Shown here: in pieces, positions 59,337 to 64,000 of the stretch | How the letters are laid out: every line of letters begins with the position of its first letter | How positions within the stretch are numbered: position 1 is the stretch's first letter | Source of the DNA: Auanema rhodensis | Lineage: Eukaryota > Animalia > Nematoda | Assembly (NCBI GenBank): GCA_964057225.1 | Contig: OZ059899.1 | Location: forward strand, 11,718,001 to 11,782,000 | DNA: 64,000 nucleotides | Reading direction: 5' to 3' | Position numbers and translations under genes: made by a program | Notes under the pieces: generated by a model | Told to the model about the DNA's origin: nothing | The model's input: only the letters and a program-made list of their open reading frames with translations | Databases searched by the model: none

Positions 59337-61389
59337 TTTCTTAACTATAAATAAATATATTTTTTCAAAACTTAATAACACACTCACACACAAAGATGAA
59401 GAGTTGTTATACATTTGTATACCTAAGACTTCATTTTGAAGAAATTAGAAAAGATTATGAGAATGATAGAGAGATAAATGAATACATAGATTGAGTAAAA
59501 GAAAGAGAGAGAGAGAGCTCAAAATAGAGGGAGAGAGGATGAGATATCATACGAAAACTGAAAAGATAAGATATCATCGTCAAAATGTAATTGAATACCT
59601 TCTACTCTTGCTTGCTTCAAATTCATATCCACATTCTTACTATCAACTCATCTTTTCATATCTATCGTCCACTTCTTCTTTCTTCAAATATTCTTGTTAC
59701 TTGTCTTCACTTCAACTGCTTTATTATCAAAATTTTTAAAACTTGAACTTGAACGAGCATATTCTCTACAACAAACTTGTTGAAATATTGTGAATTGATA
59801 ATCATCTCCTATTCTATCAACCATATATTTCATATAAATATCTGAATAATCTAGAATTATATGCATAATTTTCTTTATTTTTTTCTTTTTTTTTCAAAAT
59901 AAATTTATTAAAACAAATATTTTTCAGCAATTATCAGTGTTATTATCAACTTTATAGTCGTCAATCATCATTCTTCAATGAACAACTTTTGAATTTTCGT
60001 GTGGCTTTTCGTCTTTGTTGTAATATATGTAGGTGCAATGATGACGATGACGATAGGTGATCTAAAACGAATCGAATTTCGAGATCTCAAATTACGTAAC
60101 CCAGCTAAGAGACATATTGCTCTTCCTATCAAAATCATTAATTTTCATCTATGAATATAATATTTCGATTATCACAACAGCAGCAGTCATCATCTATCCA
60201 TCTCACATTCTCTCTGATCTTGTTTTAACTCTTTTAACTTCACATCATCATCATCATCATCATCATCATCTTCAGCTTCAGCTTCAAGATCAGCCTCAAC
60301 CGATGTGCTTAGATCATAGTTATTCTTCTTTTTTTTCATTAAAATTATAACAAGTTTCAACTTGAACCATCTTGTTCTGAAACTATGATATCTGAACTTT
60401 ATTCAGCACAGATCCTTCATTCTACCATGTATGGTCATCATCTACATTTCATTATTTAACAATTTCTATGAATAAAAATTTTAAAAAATGGTCTCAACAC
60501 GACATGTGTCCTATTACCTGTTTTACCTGACTGATTAAGATTGTATGAAAGATGGTAGTTATTTCTGTGTATCTTGTGCATATGTATGTGTTAGTTGCTT
60601 GGCTTCTTCGATTTGCGAGAACGTGTTGGGCTCGAAGAAGCGGTAAATACTATTTACATAGAAGACATATTCAATGTCTTCGTTTTCTTCGTTCAACCCA
60701 TCACTATCTCTCTCTCTCTCTCTTTCTTATTCCCTCCTTACCTCTCTCTCTATCTTTCTCTAACTTCTCTCTTATACTCTTTTCACATTGACTACTTTCC
60801 TCTATTTTTCCAATTTATTCTCTACCTTGTCTTCTCTTCTTCATCTATGCTTTTCACAGTTCATTGCAATGTCGTTGACTGTCTTTACCTTCACTTTATC
60901 GTCATTAAACCCTCTGATGTCGTCGTTGTCGTCGTTGACGTCGTTATCCTTGTCGTCAACGCAGACCTCCTTATCCTCGTCATATTCCACCTCTCTCTCT
61001 CTTTCTATCTCTCTCAATCTTACTCTCTCTTTCGTTTTCTTCCATACAACCCATTCTCTTGTTAATTTCACTCCACTGCTTCATAGTATTAGTATCTCAA
61101 CTTCCGATTATTGTTCATTTCAGCTCATATTCTATGTTTTAAACACAAAAATTGAATAATAGAAAACTTTGTGAACAATAGAATAGAATATCCAAAAAAG
61201 TAAATATTCAATCTTTGATCCAAACACCAGCTGCAGTAGGAGATAGCTCAACTGCTACATCTAGTTGCAACGTAAACTTCAAAATGATGATACTTGACAT
61301 TTATCTCTAAAAAAAGAAATTTATATTTCATCAGCTCTTTTTTTCCATTTTTGTCCACTTTCTTTGTGTTCCATATCCTCAACCTCCCA

Positions 61390-61441
<52 letters not shown>

Positions 61442-61926
61442 CTTGTTTCTGCTTCATCCCTACTCTTGAATATCGTTTTCCCTCATCGTATCAGCCCCCT
61501 CCAACCCTCCTTCATCATCTCTTGCTGCCCAGGCCAACTTTATCGTTTTTCTTTTACAATTTTAGGAAAATTCATTTAGTTCTTAGCCTCCTTATAGACA
61601 ATATAATTATCTTTTTCATTTTATTTAACTTTCTTTGCAAAAACATTATTGAGAAACGACCATCAGACATTTTCTCTGTTTATTACGAACAAATTGTATT
61701 CAACTAAACATTCGTCCCCCCCCCAAAAGCCTAGTCCGCATAATTCATTTTCCGTCTTTTCTTCGTTAGCAGCCTTTACTTTATAAATATTTTTTTCTTT
61801 TTACTTCCATTTCTGAACATTCTTCAACTTTGTTACCTTTTTGTTGTTCACACCGCTTTCTGTCTACTTCATACATACGGAGCAACTTCGCGGGGTGGTC
61901 CAGTTGCGTGACTAAATGCTGCAGGT

Positions 61927-62028
61927 GGGCGTGGCTTAATTCGCCAACCAATCAGCATCGTCCGCCTTCTATAGTCAGAAGAGAAGGGGGCGTGGCTTGT
62001 TTGTCCATTTGTATCGCCAACAGCCAAT
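61927..62028 (+). promoter_or_regulatory. Duplicated GC-box/CCAAT module
   Basis: GGGCGTGGCTT at 61927 and 61988, each followed by TCGCCAAC and CCAAT (61948, 62024), in a GC-rich island. Confidence 0.4.
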
Positions 62029-64000
62029 TTGATGTTGATCGAATATGGTCAACAAGGATTAATTCCATATTAATCAAAAAAACTTTAATTTCTGAATTAT
62101 ACAGAATTTTTCTTTGAATTTCCTGAAAAAACCCGAGATATTGAGATGCTTAACGAATTACTTTGATATCTTTCTGAATATTTTCATATCTTTCTCTTTC
62201 ATTATCTCTCTATTTTCTCTCTTTCGATAACTTTTTTTTCTTTTTTTTTCTTATTTTCTACTCTTGTCTCTCATCGTTAACCTTCTATTCGCCTCAAGGT
62301 GTTTCTTGAAGCGAAGAGAGTAAAAGCAAATGCGAGAGGAGATATACAACAGAGAGGGAGAGATTAGCAGATAAAGAGAAATAGTTAGACGAACTAAGAG
62401 AGAGTGAAATAGAGTAAAAGAGGAAAAACGAAAAGAAGGATCTTCATCTAATGTTTCTATCTCTAAGCAAAAGGTTGATTGAAATCTAAAGAGAGCAAAA
62501 CTAAAGAGAGAGGGAGAGAGAGAACACAAGAAAAGAGCTTAATCACAGAGTTGTGAACGACAGCTACTCCATCATTTCATCGTTATCCGTCCGTACATTT
62601 TCCAATTTACAGATATTTTTTATCGTTTTAGTTGCCATAAATCTTTTAGCTTGATATTGCTCACAATTCATTGAAATCTCTCTAATTTCCATTGAACTTG
62701 AACGCATCCAAATGAATCAAGAAAACTGAGATGAATGTGCTTTGAATGATGTTTCTCATCTCAATTCGAATGGCTTTTGCTCTAAACATCACCATATTGC
62801 TCTTGTTATCATTATCATTAGTACTTCTTCTATCGTTCTTCTTCATTTTTCATCTTCATCTTCTTATGCTTCACTATTTGCTTAGAAGAAGCATTGGCAT
62901 TGTCGATGATGATGACGACGACAAGCCGAGAAATGACAATTGTCACCGAAGAAGCCGAACAAGAAGAAAGTTCTTTTTTTTCTTCCAATTATCATCTGTC
63001 CTTCTGATGACGTCAGACTTCGTGAATTTCTCTTCATCAGCTCTCCTCTTTGCATTTGAGACTTTCAATAATGTCCACGGATGGAAAGAATAACAAGAAT
63101 GAAGTTTAAGACGTTTCACGTATTAATTCACGTGAGTACAACACGTTCGAGAATCGAATAGAATTACCGTAATCAAGTTAAAGCATCTTGTCTCAAGACA
63201 TTTACGACATTCATCCGGTTTAGAGGCCAAGTCAATTCAATTCTGAACTATTTTCCTCTGCGTTTTCCGTATTATTTCATCCTTTTTACCTTATTTGGCT
63301 CATATTTTCTAATTAACAATTGACTTCTAAACGCGTTTTCCAATCATTTATAAGTTCAATTCATTTCATATTCTTTTACGAATACTGTAACTTTATTCTA
63401 TAACTGTTCAACATCAAGTAATAATTTAATTTATTTTATTTGGTCCTAAATGGAAAAATTAAAAAAATTGAACGGAAAATTAAAATACATATCAAAAAGA
63501 TAACAGTTGTTTCAAAGAAAACTCACTGATCATCTTTTTTTCCATCATAATATCCCATTTCTCATTTCAGATTTTCCAAATTCTTAAATTAAAATTTCAT
63601 TTTCGTCCCAAAATCTTCAGAAAAAATTACTTCCTCATGTTGATTTTATCATGAAAATATATATTTATATGTTTTTATATTAATTTGTATTATTTCTGTG
63701 GTCTTTTTCAGTTGTAATACACACAAATCAATTTGAAAAAACGCTTTTGAAAAGTCGTATCCTTCCTTACCTTAGTCCTTTCTTCCTTTTCTTTCCCATC
63801 TTCTTCTCTCCGTTTTTCATAATATCTCTTTTTATCTTTTTTTTCTTTTTAATGAGACCTACCCCTCTGAATAATCGGCTCTGATTCATTTATTTTTCTT
63901 CAAATTTCAAAGAAAATTTTGCATATTTTAATCCATTAAATTTTATATTTTGTCATTAAATTGACAATATTATGTCTATAAATCTCGTTATTTTCTTTTT

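Overview
AT-rich eukaryotic genomic DNA from a rhabditid (clade V-like) nematode. This is inferred from the protein sequences and the ~45-60 nt introns; the species cannot be determined. Four intron-rich genes can be reconstructed by hand: a PRELID3/slowmo-type lipid-transfer gene (-, 87-946) head-to-head with Tim23 (+, 1453-2473), an F-box gene (+, 19864-21446), and a complete megalin-like lrp-1 gene (-, 21997-44030, ~89 exons, signal-peptide exon at 43946-44030). About 20 kb of microsatellite-rich non-coding DNA follows, containing a deleted mariner and an orphan retropepsin-like exon. Three unexplained signals stand out. (1) A GC-rich island with a TATA box at ~10.0-11.2 kb holds two ~85-nt hairpins with unrelated basal stems but an identical 30-nt apical module. 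(2) A 29-bp palindrome centred exactly on GGC (15993-16021) sits at a sharp change in sequence texture and is architecturally like a programmed-DNA-elimination break motif. (3) A TAACTATA/TATAGTTA motif recurs in both orientations, often as short palindromes, through introns and intergenic DNA right of 16 kb. All of this was read by eye; no folding program or database search was run.
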